A stretch of DNA of 64,000 bases from Eledone cirrhosa (taxonomy: Eukaryota), in contig OZ024746.1 in NCBI GenBank assembly GCA_964016885.1, forward strand, positions 38,750,001 to 38,814,000, in the 5' to 3' direction. Each line of letters starts with the position of its first letter. Position 1 is the first letter of the stretch. Positions 12,838 to 25,094 of this stretch are shown one piece after another. Made by a program: the position numbers and the translations under genes. A model generated the notes under the pieces. The model saw only the letters and a list, made by a program, of their open reading frames with translations, was not told the origin of the DNA and made no database searches.

Positions 12838-14337
12838 AGCAGAAGTACCACCTTCAGGGCAGTTTTCTCCTAGTGTAACTGTGTGTGTTTTCTAATGTAT
12901 CTATCAATTTATTTAAATATATGAAAAAAGAAAACTATAGTTTTGATAAGCGATACAAACTCACACCATATTTCGTTATATGATTTATTTGATTTACTAC
13001 AGCAATGATTATTCCCTACAAAATGGTGACCCTTGCCCTAACTTAATTAAGCAAAGATGGGATATGAACCAGCAATAAGCAAAAGTAGGATTTAAACAGT
13101 ACTGTAGCTTCAATGAGATTGAAACCTGTACTGATTTTTTAATAAAACTATTTTCTTTACACCAACTCTTAGATACTCAATAACCTCTATTCTTGGAGCA
13201 TGCAATGTAGTGAAGAACTTGTATTTAAAAGGTAAATCTTCTTTTGTGGTGGGAGAAAGATAAAAACCTACAATGGTATATTTGATTTTGTAGCTTATTT
13301 GTTTTAATACTTATATTTGCTTGATCCAGAAAGCCATGAGGAGAGATATGCACAAAAATTCATATTCATTGCTATAATATATATATATGTGCGTGTGAGT
13401 GTGCATATATGTACCTGTGTGTGTGAGAGAGAGTGTGTGTGGGTATATGTGTGTGAGTGTGTGCATGTGTGTGTGATTGAAAGAATTTGTTTGCATAAAC
13501 AACAACAAAAACAGAGAAACTGATGAAGGATTGAATGCCAGTTAATAACATTAGAATATAATATATTCATTTATTAGTTATAGTGCTGTTTTGTACTTTT
13601 CAAAATTGTGTTTATGGCACAGGAGATTAACAGTTAAGGTTATAGATAAAGGTTGGATCAGATGTGTGAGTGGATTGCTTTAGTGGGAACATACAATTTG
13701 AAAGCAGGCAGAGATGTATTATGATAATAATATTTCTACTACAGAGAAGTAGGGAAATTTAAAATTATTTTGTCTTTATTCAATATTGAGAAACTAAATA
13801 AAGAATGTAAAAGAAAGGACAGGGTTAAAAGTGGTAAGAGGTGGACAAGTGAAATATAAATGTAGTGAATGAGTATGTATAACTTTGGGCTTATCAGAGA
13901 ATTTACAATTGAATCAGTAAAATAATTATAATGATTTAAGATATTCCAATGTTAACAATCCTTGTTTACATCATGTAGAGCTAAAAGAAAATTCTGTGCC
14001 TGGTTTTGTATAATGTGTAAATTTAAAATAGGAATAATTATACATGTATGTATCATATCTTTGTGTGTAATATGGCTTGAGTATAACAGAACCCCTGTTT
14101 CCAAAGATATAAAAAAAAACACAAGAATAAATCACAACCTCATGTATTATATGAGCTTGATGTACACCATGTCTATGTAAATTTTTTTGTAAATTTGTAC
14201 CATGATATCTATCAAAATCTTGACCTCATACAAATATTTCACTACAATATTCAGCTTCTCATGGTGCCTTTATCATCAAACAAACTACTTCGGTGTTTTG
14301 CGGTTTAAATTTATCAACACCACTGAACTTTATTTAT

Positions 14338-14533
14338 TTGGCAGAATTGGCAGAGCATAGGATACCCTGCTTCATGGCATAAAGTTATGGGTCTTTACAT
14401 TCTGAGTTCAAATCCTGCTGAGTTTATCTTTGAGGTTGATAAAATAAAGAACCAGTCACGCGCTGGGGTCAATTTAATTGACTTTCCCCTCCTGCAAAAT
14501 TGATCGCCTTGTGCCTATATCAGAAACCATTAT
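14338..14533 (+). mobile_element. SINE family B (older copy)
   Basis: GAGTTCAAATCC...GATAAAATAAAG...CCTTGTGCC...AGAAACCATTAT. Confidence 0.65.
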
Positions 14534-15157
14534 TTAAATAGCAGTATAATTATTTTGTATTATTGACATATCTAATTTCTATAGTATTATCTTTCTTGAA
14601 CCATATATTCTAATTTTCAAACCAAGTAGTGTGTCAACAAAAGGAGGAAATCAAACAAATTCACAGCATGGGAATTATCACCTGATTATTCAAGCAGGAA
14701 AAGTATTTATTTTAACAATAGTTAGGTCTCTATTGTAACAATAGTGTAATCAATAAATGACATATCTTATATTGTCCCTTTATTAAAATATTATATCAAT
14801 TTCCTGTCTTCGGGCCCAAAAGCGTTCAATTACACTGATTCCTAAATTATAAATACTGTCAATATACCAAATACCATTTATAACCACTTGTTATCTTGTA
14901 ATCTTGCCTTTTGAAATTAGTAGCTTTTAGTTCAGTAAAAAAATTCTGAATATGTGTACTTATATATAATAGAATCCTGAATTTTTGCCCTTAATTTTAG
15001 TTCAAGAGTTCTCGTGTTATACACAAGAAAATATGGGAGACATATTATAGAAGAGCATTAAGTATTAATGACAAGAGATGTCTAATTTACTGAAGTTTAT
15101 ACTATTAATAAGATTCTAAAATTATATTCATATACATACATATATATATATATATAT

Positions 15158-15325
15158 AACAAATTTAATATGGAAATGGCTTCTACAGGACTAGAACTGT
15201 TTCACTCGAAGTAAACAGTTCTAGTCCTGTAGAAGCCATTTCTATATCAAATTTGTTGTGTACACTCTACTAATGTATTGACTACCTTACTTACTGTAGT
15301 CACCCTTGATTGAACCCAGGACTCA
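15158..15325 (+). mobile_element. Fold-back insert, family P1
   Basis: Palindrome 15158-15257 made of hammerhead 3' halves (AAA-cag-ttctagtc-ctg-TA-gaagcc). Opposite orientation to 825-1003. Confidence 0.7.
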
Positions 15326-15332
15326 CACACAT

Positions 15333-15374
<42 letters not shown>

Positions 15375-15516
15375 TACATGAATCAAAGTTCTGTTCCAAC
15401 CATTTATTAGCTTACAATTGTTTCGTCCAAATTACTGTCTTTCACTGTTTAGGGTTTATAATATATATAACTATAAAAGGTTTTAGTATATACATAACCA
15501 TAAATAGTATCCTTAA

Positions 15517-15573
<57 letters not shown>

Positions 15574-16103
15574 AATTCAGTTGTTAATTTGTATACATAC
15601 ATCTCATCTCACTGATAATAGTATATTCAGAGAGATGAGAGATGAAATGTTTATAAGAAAAATATAAAGTTTCTTTGTAATGGTGAATAATTCAGATGAT
15701 AGATTGTGAAAGAAAAGTGGAACTAGAAGAGCAGATATTTGTATGTTTAAATGGTCAGTTAACAAATGCTGTTTATAATGTAATTAATTATGAAAGATAC
15801 TATCTGTGATAGCTGAAAGTTAAAAGATAACACTTCCCTGCATGAGGAAGAGCTGCAATAAATAATATAACAGTTGGATGACAAAGGGAAGCTATATAGT
15901 AAGTAAAATGGTCAATGTTACCAGTTTAAGTAAATTAAGTGTTGATATAAGATGTTAAATATAAAAACTGTGTAATAATAAAATAGGTAACAACATTGTA
16001 CAATATAAACAACAAATATATGTACAGATTATTTTCTGTGAGGGATGTGGTACTCGTGGTGATAGTGGTAATAATAGTGGTGGTTGTGATGAGGGTGTGG
16101 CTG

Positions 16104-17957
16104 CTACTGGAAGTTACGGTGCACCAATCTTACCCGGCAGGTACGAACAAAAGAGCGAACAACTTTCTCAGCGTTAATTTCACTGTCTGAACTGTTATCG
16201 TTTAAGTCTAATTGGTTCAAAGGTTCATCATCATTAGTGGTCTCGCTCACAGGAACTGTATAAGACCGCTCTAAATTGGGCCTAGTAACTTTGTTTTTCA
16301 ATGGACTCCGAAGGATCTGGTAATAGGGTCCTTTCATTTGTTTACCAGAGGCCTCTTTCTTGGCAGCATTGTAAACTTCATTGCTATCATCACTTACTCC
16401 ATCACTATGGACAGGACTATTTTCTGAACTGGATTTTGATTTAGATGGACTCTTTGATTTCTTGTTCTTAAATGGTGAGAATTTAGGACTGACAGGAAAT
16501 TTTAATTGATAGCGCTTTGATTTGGACTTTTTTTCTTTGTGTTCTGGTGTAAAGTCAGAATCACTTGATATATTTTCAGTTTTCTTGCCAAACAATTTCT
16601 TAGAGAAATATTTTGTCTCGGGGCTTGAGTGATTTGAATGGTCTGGAACATGCTTTATAGGGCTTGACTGAGGAGATAGATCTGTGAATTCTTTCATCTT
16701 TTTAGGGCTTAACCTTCTTTCAGCTAATATAGGTGCTGGCAATACACGCACATATAGTGATCTATTTGTATTTTTGGTCTTGGTTGTACCAGACAGATCA
16801 TGCTGGCTTTCTGCATTACTCAAAGAATACATAGGGCAAGAAGGCTTCTGGGGACTTGTGTCTGGTGTTGAAGCAGGTTGCTTATGGCCTTTCAATTTTG
16901 GTTCACTAATAGGAGAATCAAGGCAGAGTGTTGTGGGAAGGACTTTAACAAATCGAGCAGGGTTTCGACCTGGAGATACTGGGGAACTGTTATTGCTAGA
17001 GTACTTCAAATTGTTGCTACTTCGACTTGGGGAAATATCTTCATTATGTATCTTGGGACATGATTTAGGACTTGGTTTAGGACTTGGTTTAGGACTCACT
17101 TTCGGTGTCTGTGGACGATCAGTGAAGTTCTCGTTGGGATAGTTTAGTGAATCAAATGATTGAGAACTCATTGGCAGATACTGTGCATCATATCTTGGCT
17201 GATCATAAATCTGGCCCTCATATGGAGCTGACTGTGCAATATGAGGCATAGAATAAGAAATATCAGAAGGACAGCCCTGTTGTGCATTATATGTGGGATA
17301 ACTCTGATAATAACCATCATAATAGTTGTGTGGAGGCTGTCCTTGGTACCATGACTGATAATTAGGATCTGTTATGTTTGGCATAGATGCAGATGGGGTT
17401 GGATAAGGACCTGAATTGGGATAGAAGTTATCATTCGGGTTATACATGTTGGTACTGTTTTGCTGGCAATGAAAAGATTCACTGCTATTGTTATAATTAA
17501 TGTTGCAACTCTTCGTCTGACTCCCGTTGCCAATGTAATAATTGCTGTCGTAGTTGTAGTTACTGATGTTGATATTGTTATTTTGACTGATGTTGTAATT
17601 GTTGTAACTGCTACTGCTGCTGTTGTTGTTGTTGTTATTGCTGCCAAGGTTATTGTCAGATTTTTGAAAACTATCTGTATTCGTTATTGTTGTTATGTCT
17701 GCTTTAGCATTCGGTGCAGCAATTGTCCCAATAATGGTTGCTGTTGTTGATGTTATGATTGCTGCTGTTGTTGTTGTTGCAGCTGCAACAGAAATTGTTC
17801 CTAAAGGTGATGATAATGGTGGTAATGGTTGTTGTTGTTCTGGTTGGCTTTTTATTGTTGGAAATGTGTAGTTTCTGTTATACTTTTTACGACTTTTTAT
17901 CTTGTTCAAGTTGAGTGTAAAATATTTTTTATACAAAGAAGAATTAAAATTCTTTAT
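16104..17957 (-). CDS. Large candidate alternative terminal exon (~617 codons; N/S-, Y/Q/P- and SP/K-rich)
   Basis: 1.85 kb stop-free, mostly non-repeat frame. ttttgactttcag acceptor at 17958 is in phase 0 with the donor at 20022. TAG at 16104. Confidence 0.75.
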   Translation of the reverse strand: MKNFNSSLYKKYFTLNLNKIKSRKKYNRNYTFPTIKSQPEQQQPLPPLSSPLGTISVAAATTTTAAIITSTTATIIGTIAAPNAKADITTITNTDSFQKSDNNLGSNNNNNNSSSSSYNNYNISQNNNINISNYNYDSNYYIGNGSQTKSCNINYNNSSESFHCQQNSTNMYNPNDNFYPNSGPYPTPSASMPNITDPNYQSWYQGQPPHNYYDGYYQSYPTYNAQQGCPSDISYSMPHIAQSAPYEGQIYDQPRYDAQYLPMSSQSFDSLNYPNENFTDRPQTPKVSPKPSPKPSPKSCPKIHNEDISPSRSSNNLKYSSNNSSPVSPGRNPARFVKVLPTTLCLDSPISEPKLKGHKQPASTPDTSPQKPSCPMYSLSNAESQHDLSGTTKTKNTNRSLYVRVLPAPILAERRLSPKKMKEFTDLSPQSSPIKHVPDHSNHSSPETKYFSKKLFGKKTENISSDSDFTPEHKEKKSKSKRYQLKFPVSPKFSPFKNKKSKSPSKSKSSSENSPVHSDGVSDDSNEVYNAAKKEASGKQMKGPYYQILRSPLKNKVTRPNLERSYTVPVSETTNDDEPLNQLDLNDNSSDSEINAEKVVRSFVRTCRVRLVHRNFQ

Positions 17958-18807
17958 CTGAAAGTCAAAAATTATAAAACAAACAAAAATTACTTTCCTT
18001 CTAATTAAAAATGATAAGAATGATAATAATGATAATAATAATAATAATAATATAATGGGTCAAAAGCAGGAATAGGAATTTTGAATGACAATGCTAGTTA
18101 TTTTCCATTTTTTTTTTTTTTACCTTAGTTTAAAATTTAAAATTCATAAAATGCATTTTCATAAAACCAAAATAGATGAAAGAGAAATAGTGAAACATTT
18201 AAATCGAAAATCAATTTTAAACAGTCATTTGCACAATTTCTTTTTTTAGTTCATTGCTTTCTTGGCTCTACAACTGACATTTCCAGTGCATCTTATCATA
18301 TTCTATTGAAATATCTAGGAGAGTAGGACACACAACACTATAGAAGATAGTGAATATTTAAACATAAAGCAGTGAAACAAAAGATGTTTTCACTCATAAA
18401 AGTCTTTTAGGTAACCTAAATTCTCTTTGGCAGCTAGGATGGCGTCTGTTTTGGCCATTTTAGAAAACATGATATGATTTTGTTTTTGTTCTTTTCTTGT
18501 TGTTTTTTTAAGCAAGATGCATTTTGTTTATTTTGTTTATTTGATGTTTATTTGATTTCTGATTTGAACTCAAAATACTGATAGACAAAATGTTTCCAAA
18601 TCTCTGACATGATTTGATAATGATGGTCACTGCTTAACTCAAGTACAGTGATGGAAAGTGGAAGATGGATAGTGCCTCATATTTGAGATAATCCCTGTTA
18701 CTTGACTGATATGTGACCTGTAGCAATGTAGATAGAATAAACTATCCTGTTTAGAAAGACAATAAACTGTGTTGGGTGTTTGAACTCAAAAGCTAGAAGT
18801 TGGTAAG

Positions 18808-19170
18808 GGATCAAGATTCATAACAATGAAAGAATGGAACTAGATTCACTAATGAAAGAATAGATCCAGATTTATAACAATGAAGTTGGTGTTAGGAAGG
18901 GCATCCAGTTGTAGAAATCAAGCCAGAATCAGTTCCCGTATGAGCAAGACATGGTCTGCCAACCGAGCACTGCCCACAACAGGACAACCCATCTAACCCA
19001 TGATAGCATGGAAGAATGGACGTAAAACGGTGATGATGATGAAGGAATGGATCAAGATACATAACAATGAAAGATTAGATCAAGATACATAACAATGAAC
19101 GAGTGGATCATGATTCACTATAAAAGAAGTGATCAAAGTACACCAACAAAAGAATGAATTATGATTTACT
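18808..19170 (+). repeat. ~28-bp minisatellite interrupted by a SINE 3' fragment (18885-19042)
   Basis: Unit GATCAAGAT(A/T)CATAACAATGAAAGAATG occurs on both sides of the insert. Confidence 0.7.
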
Positions 19171-19286
19171 AATTTTTTTTTTTTCTTTTACACCCTCCAT
19201 GTCTCTAACTTTACCCTCCACCAAGGCTCCTGAGCAAAAAAATAAATATTTGCATACACAGATTAAGAGTAATGATTGGAAGCAAA

Positions 19287-19616
19287 CTAATAGACAGAAT
19301 AAACACAAGGCATAGTAAATGTGTCTACCAAGCCTTCATATAGATTTACATAACCTCCACCACACCAATCAGTTTCAGCTGTGCAAGGTCTACACCAAAT
19401 TTCTTCACTACTTTCGCAAGTTTCATTGTTCAAATTACTTTTGCTGTCTGCATAAGAGTAAACTTGTTGAAATTCTTGTTCACCTTCATCCATAGAATAA
19501 ATATCATAAATAATTTCTTCAACTGTAAAGAGTCTAGGCTTGGCTCATTTACCATACGAAGTGTTGGGTTTATCGAAAAAAATTCTATTTTTTCGATTAA
19601 AAACAAAAGTAAACAT
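19287..19616 (-). CDS. Candidate alternative terminal exon with an internal TGA
   Basis: gttctctgtag acceptor, phase 0. 23 codons, then TGA (19545-19547), then the frame stays open to TAG at 19287. Confidence 0.35.
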
Positions 19617-20022
19617 CTACAGAGAACACCATTAACAATGTGTCATAAATATGTGTAACTACAGATCTGTTGTCTATTTTTAGTATTTTATCTTCTTTTT
19701 CTACATGTGTTATTCATTACGGCTTTAACGAGAATCCAGTAGAGATTACGTTTAACACATTAGCATTTAAACTGGCCCTATCCGACCAGAATTCTCTCAC
19801 CTATTTTTGTTCAAATCAGCCATAAGCGGCTGCTCATACTGAAGTTAAGGTATTGTTCTCAAAATAAATAATAACAAAATCTCATAGATTCAATGTTATG
19901 TGAGACAATTATGTATGATAAAGCCTTTACCACAAAAATACAATAGTATATATAGAGTACTATAAATGATACTATTACCATTATAGTGGGAACATGGTGC
20001 AACAGGGTGAAGTGTTACTTAC

Positions 20023-20168
20023 TTTCTGAAAAGATTCTCTTTTAATCTTATTTTGCTCAGCCAATCTTTTCTTCCAATCTGGAACAGAGTAAGAAATACT
20101 GGAAACTGAAGGTGGTTTGCTGGAGATGCTTGAGCTTGATTTCCGCAGTTGTGTTCTTGTATCTAGAA
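20023..20168 (-). CDS. Host gene exon (VLDTRTQLRKSS...VPDWKKRLAEQNKIKRESFQK)
   Basis: ctttcag acceptor (an alternative in-phase AG lies 6 nt further in) and GTAAGT donor. Phase 1 in, phase 0 out. Confidence 0.85.
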
Positions 20169-20712
20169 CTGAAAGATATTGAGAATATATAGAAAACAAT
20201 TTAGCTCAACATAACCATCTCTCCTCTTCAGAGAACAATCATTCTGGTGGAAAATCACAAGAAATCAATAGTGTGTGTGTGAGTGAATGTATGTGTATGT
20301 GAGTGTAAGTATATGTGTGTGATTGTAAGTTTGTGTATGTCTAAGTGTTTGTGAGTGTCTAAGTGTATGTGTGGGTGAGTGAGTACATGTGTGCACATGG
20401 TGTGTGTATGAGTAAGTGAGTGAGTGCATATGATAGTAAGTGAGTGCATATGATAGTAAGTGTGTGTGCGTGATTGTGTGAGAGTGTCTTTTCTGACCAT
20501 TCTAAGTTCTTGTATTACAAAGTAACGTATATCAAAATACAACAATATCAAGAACTTCAACAACAATAATATTAGACAAAAGAACCAACTATTTTCTTAT
20601 TGGTTACATTTTGTGTCTGCAATAGAATTAGCTCACAACAGCAGGGCCAGGGCAAAACTTGGCTCACCAACCTTGCTTGGTGAAGAGGTGATGTTTGGAC
20701 ACCCTGCGGGAT

Positions 20713-20744
<32 letters not shown>

Positions 20745-20811
20745 TATACATAGATAGATATATATACACACACATATACATATATATACCTATACATATA
20801 TATTTATATAT

Positions 20812-20848
<37 letters not shown>

Positions 20849-20910
20849 GTCATCATCATCATCATTACATCCACTTTTCCCTGCTTGCAAGGGTGAGACA
20901 TATATATATA

Positions 20911-21081
20911 AAGGAAGTGTGGTAAGAAACCAGGTGGGCCATAATGCACCAGAGTACTCAATACTTAGGGTAGTAAAGTGGGTAATAGGAAAAGAATCAG
21001 GACCCCGACGGCTGAGCTCCGGCTGTTTCGACAGCTAGATCGAAACAGAGTTCGGATCTAGCTGTCAAAACTTGTTCTTTT

Positions 21082-21085
<4 letters not shown>
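20911..21085 (-). mobile_element. Fold-back insert, family P2
   Basis: Reverse-complement homologue of 1080-1210 with a partial inverted 5' duplication, set in (TA)n. Confidence 0.7.
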
Positions 21086-21124
<39 letters not shown>

Positions 21125-21760
21125 GGCTTCTGCACAGTATAATCACACCTAAAAATAGTCAACATTAATTCTGAAAAAGCATTCAATACGCACAGGTATC
21201 AGTTCAATCTTTGTCATAAGAAAGAAAAATAATCTCTCTTTTTAGGCCCTCCCAACCATCCACTCACATCTCCAATTCATCTTCATGAGTTATGCTGGCA
21301 ATGACTTTGTCCAATGTTTGGCGGGTGATGGCCACATAGCCACTATATCATTCTGATATCCACTATTTTATCTATGGTTACAACATCTTGATTTTCAATA
21401 TTTAGCAATAATGTCTTAATATACTGCTCAACAATTAATTCATTGTTTTTTTTTTGTTTGTTTGTTTTTTGCTTTGTTTTGTTTTTGTCGATGTTTTTTA
21501 AAGAAACATATTTCATCTTAACTGACAAAATATTTATTAACTCATTTGATGTATAGTTTGTTCAAGTGAAACCTATACTACCAGATATATAATACAAGCT
21601 ATTCTATATATAAATTGTATACAAGCTGATTAAAGAGCTTTCAATAGATGGAGAGGAAGGGGACTAAACTAGGTTGAAATTGCTATACATTAGTGGTCAA
21701 GTTCATGAGAGCATTAACTTCAAGATTACAGTAATATAAGATAAGTTTCCATATAATTAC

Positions 21761-21801
21761 CTGGTTCTTGAGTCTGATGTCTGTATTTTGATGTTGTAGA
21801 C
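21761..21801 (-). CDS. Host gene 41-bp exon (WSTTSKYRHQTQEP)
   Basis: tttttctctatttttag acceptor and GTAATT donor. Phase 2 in and phase 1 out exactly bridge the neighbouring exons. Confidence 0.8.
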
Positions 21802-21847
21802 CTAAAAATAGAGAAAAACATAAATACATTAAAAAAACTATTAACAG

Positions 21848-22022
21848 ATAATTGTTTCTACTTTTGGTATAAGGCCAGCAATTACCCAGTGCATTACTGG
21901 TACTTTATTTTATCGACCCATAAGGATGAAAGGCAAAGTTAACCTCGGCAGGATTTGAACTCAGATCAGAAAGGGGCATAACTCTGTGCTACAAAGCATG
22001 TTGTCCGACCCTCTACCGATAC
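21848..22022 (-). mobile_element. SINE family B
   Basis: Reverse complement of 7013-7201. Confidence 0.85.
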
Positions 22023-22043
22023 ACAGATAATGATTAAATGAAA

Positions 22044-23140
22044 TTTCGTTTCTGAATTTGTTTAGCAAGATTCTTTATCTGAAATCGTGTGTTGAAACCG
22101 ATATTGTTATACTTTGGGAGGGTCATGTTGCCAATACAACCCCTAGAGGCGAACTAGCCTACAAATTTAGAAGGGCCCTAAAGAAACATAATCTCAATAT
22201 TAAGATAGTAGAAAGACCTGGTACCTCCGTAAAAACACTTATTAGCAAGACATACCCGTTCCAAAGACCCTCATGTATAGATAAGAAATGTATAACCTGT
22301 AAAATAAGCCCCCATATTAACTGTAAAACTAGAAATGTAGTATATAGCATAAGATGTACTGAAGGACAATGTAGAAACAAAAATATAGTGTACATAGGTG
22401 AGACAGCTCGTAGTATAGGGGAACGAATAAATGAACACTGGCGAGACCTCCAAGATAGTAAAGAATCATCTGTGCTCTACCAACATGCTAAGATAGAACA
22501 CAGGGGTAAATTAGAGAGCATAGAAATAAAAATAGAATCCACACACAAGAAAGACGCAATGTTTAGGCAAATTACAGAGGCAGTAAGCATAAAAGAATTA
22601 AAACCAAAATTAAATAGAAAATATGAGTGGAACAGCAACATCACAACTTACAATTAAGGACAAAATGAAAACACACACACACATAGAACAAACAACTTAC
22701 AATTGAAAACACACACAAAATGAAAACACACACAAGACAAAATGAAAACACACACACACATAGAACAAACAACCAACCAACAATAAATAAATAAATAAAC
22801 AAACAAATATAAATAGAAAAATAGAAAAATGAACACAAACACACACAGACACCCGGATGTGGCGCATGCGCAAACTGAGCACGCAACCCACACACAAACA
22901 AAATGGCGTAGGATAGAAGAAAGGAAAGGCACAGAAACGAAGAAAGAAATCCCCAGTCACTGAAGAGGTCACAGAGTGTGTGACGAAAGAACTATGACTA
23001 TATATATATATAAACAACTATCTGGTTGTGGAACCAACCAACCAACCAGAAATTTATAAATATATATTAAATTAAATTGAAGTGAAAGCAACTGGTGCGT
23101 GTGTTTCTTATTGGCAACATGACCCTCCCAAAGTATAACA
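22044..23140 (+). mobile_element. 5'-truncated Penelope-like element (C-terminal GIY-YIG) with inverted 3'-end copy
   Basis: Cys-rich linker, VVYSIRC...YIGET.R...R..EH and LN motifs (22137-22657). 22044-22136 is an inverted 3' terminus. Flanking direct repeat GATTAAATGAAA at 22032 and 23141. Confidence 0.92.
22955..22999 (+). ncRNA. Minimal type I hammerhead ribozyme
   Basis: agtca-CTGAAGA-g-gtcaca-gagtg-tgtgac-GAAA-gaac-TA-tgact. Confidence 0.85.
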
Positions 23141-23239
23141 GATTAAATGAAAGATATGTTCTCTAAGCAACCAGTTCATATATATTTCACTTCATATCAA
23201 TTCATTTTATATATTTATATATATATATATATATATAAA

Positions 23240-23274
<35 letters not shown>

Positions 23275-24099
23275 TTGTTTTTGAAATGGGTACAGGTATA
23301 GCAGTATGGTGAGGAAGTTACATTCATAACCATGTAGTGTATATAACAAATGGTTGGAAGGAGTGTTCAGTTGTGTCACAGACATCACAACCTCATTAGT
23401 GTTGTTAGTAATTTATGATAAATTTACCAACTCTCTAAAGAGGTTGGTGATAGAAAAGGTATCCAGCCACAAAGAACTTGCCACATAAAGGATTGGGGGG
23501 ATTCTTCAGTTATACCAAAAACATGACAACTTCCCTAGTGTCGGATCCACCATAAAATATACTTGATAGAGCATGGGATTGTATATTGGGTCCTCCAGCT
23601 CACCTTGAAATCAGAGGCTTCACTTGATTACAGACTGGTTTCTTATGCCATGTTCAACCTTTGCTAGCAAGGAAAGCAGACATTAAAAGATGATATATAT
23701 ATATATATCATCTTGCAAGCAGGGAAAAGCGGACGTAAAATGATAAAAGGATGATATATATATATATATTACATTTGTAGACCTTGGAAAATACGGGTTG
23801 AAGCTGAACCTCACAATAAAAATGAGAGAGGATCATGATTATTGCAATGTTCTGTGTGGCCAGACACCACTCCATCACTCCAATGCCATGACTAACATCC
23901 ACAAACCTACACTTCACAATGTCTCACCTTCCAGATTTCAGTTTTGAGAATAAAATGAAAAATAAGATCCAATAATGACATTCGTCAAATATTAGTTACA
24001 GTTATGTTTTAAAATGATATACATATCTATACATAAACAACATGGAAAAGCAGATAGAGGCAAAGAAACAGGCTAACAGACAAACCCTAAGATACTGAC

Positions 24100-24481
24100 C
24101 AGGTATCATTCCTTTTTATCCCAGTTTTATTATCATCAATGATGCGTTGACTTGATGAAAATGATGACGAAGGCCTACATTCATCCTGATGAGTCACAGA
24201 CGTTTTAGTTTCTGATAAAGGAGAGCTTTTATTAGTATCATGTGGTGAAATGGAAGAACTGTTGAACGAAGTAGACTGTTTGTTTTCACCACCAGTAATG
24301 GTTTGCCTTAAACTCGGGTATGGGTCCTGTGTTTTCAGAGATTGCTCTTTTTCACATTCTTTCTCTGTAGGAGATTTCACACAGTCAAAATTAGAAAGAA
24401 TACGACCAACTCTTTTGCTAGATGATCGGAAGTCTTTGAACCAGGCAGGGTCTTTTTGAACTTTGTTATCAGTCCTTTTAT
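24100..24481 (-). CDS. Host gene exon (DKRTDNKVQKDPAWFKDFR...RNDTW)
   Basis: Polypyrimidine tract plus catag acceptor and GTCAGT donor. Phase 1 in, phase 2 out. Confidence 0.85.
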
Positions 24482-24675
24482 CTATGATGAGAAAGAAAAA
24501 CATAAAAGATGTCAATGAGATGCAGAGATTAAAAGAGAGTTTTTCATTTTGGCTAATTTTGGAATAGAAGTGGGTGGTGATTTAGTGTAAGATTATCAAA
24601 TCAAAAAGGATAACCAAAATGCATTTGATAACAATAATTTCTAAAGATTATCATTGGAATAAGAATCAATAACTC

Positions 24676-24859
24676 CATCAAAGTTCTTTCATCACATATT
24701 CTGTAACTTCCTCAGTGACTATTTACTCTTTTTTTGTGCTTCTTTTTCCTCCTGGTCTTAGATGGAGTAACAGATTAAGACCAGAAAGAAGAGGAGGCAC
24801 AAAAAACAACAAAAAGTCATTAAGGAGGTCACAGAATGTGTGACAAAAGAACTTTGATG
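24676..24859. mobile_element. Old fold-back Penelope pLTR remnant with a hammerhead motif in each arm
   Basis: Imperfect inverted arms related to 22930-22999. The minus arm keeps CTGAGGA...GAAA-gaac-TT. Confidence 0.7.
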
Positions 24860-25094
24860 AGCTAAACAAATAATTAATAATAAAGATAAATCAATGACTT
24901 CCTTCAAGAAAAACTTCATTAAAAATATAATTCAAAAATGAGAAACACAGTTATATTGAAAAAGAAATTCTGCTAGTTTTTTTTTTTTTTTTCTTTTTTT
25001 TTTTAAAGATTTTAGGCTCCAAAATGTTCAAATTAAAAAGATAAAACTCAGTATGCCAGATTTCACAATAAAGAGCAAACAAATATGTACTTAC

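Noticed and set aside
16684-17142. 152-aa + strand ORF
   Set aside because: Antisense shadow of the large minus-strand exon.
22058-22136. N-terminus of the 199-aa ORF
   Set aside because: It derives from the inverted non-coding 3' end of the element and is fused in frame by chance.
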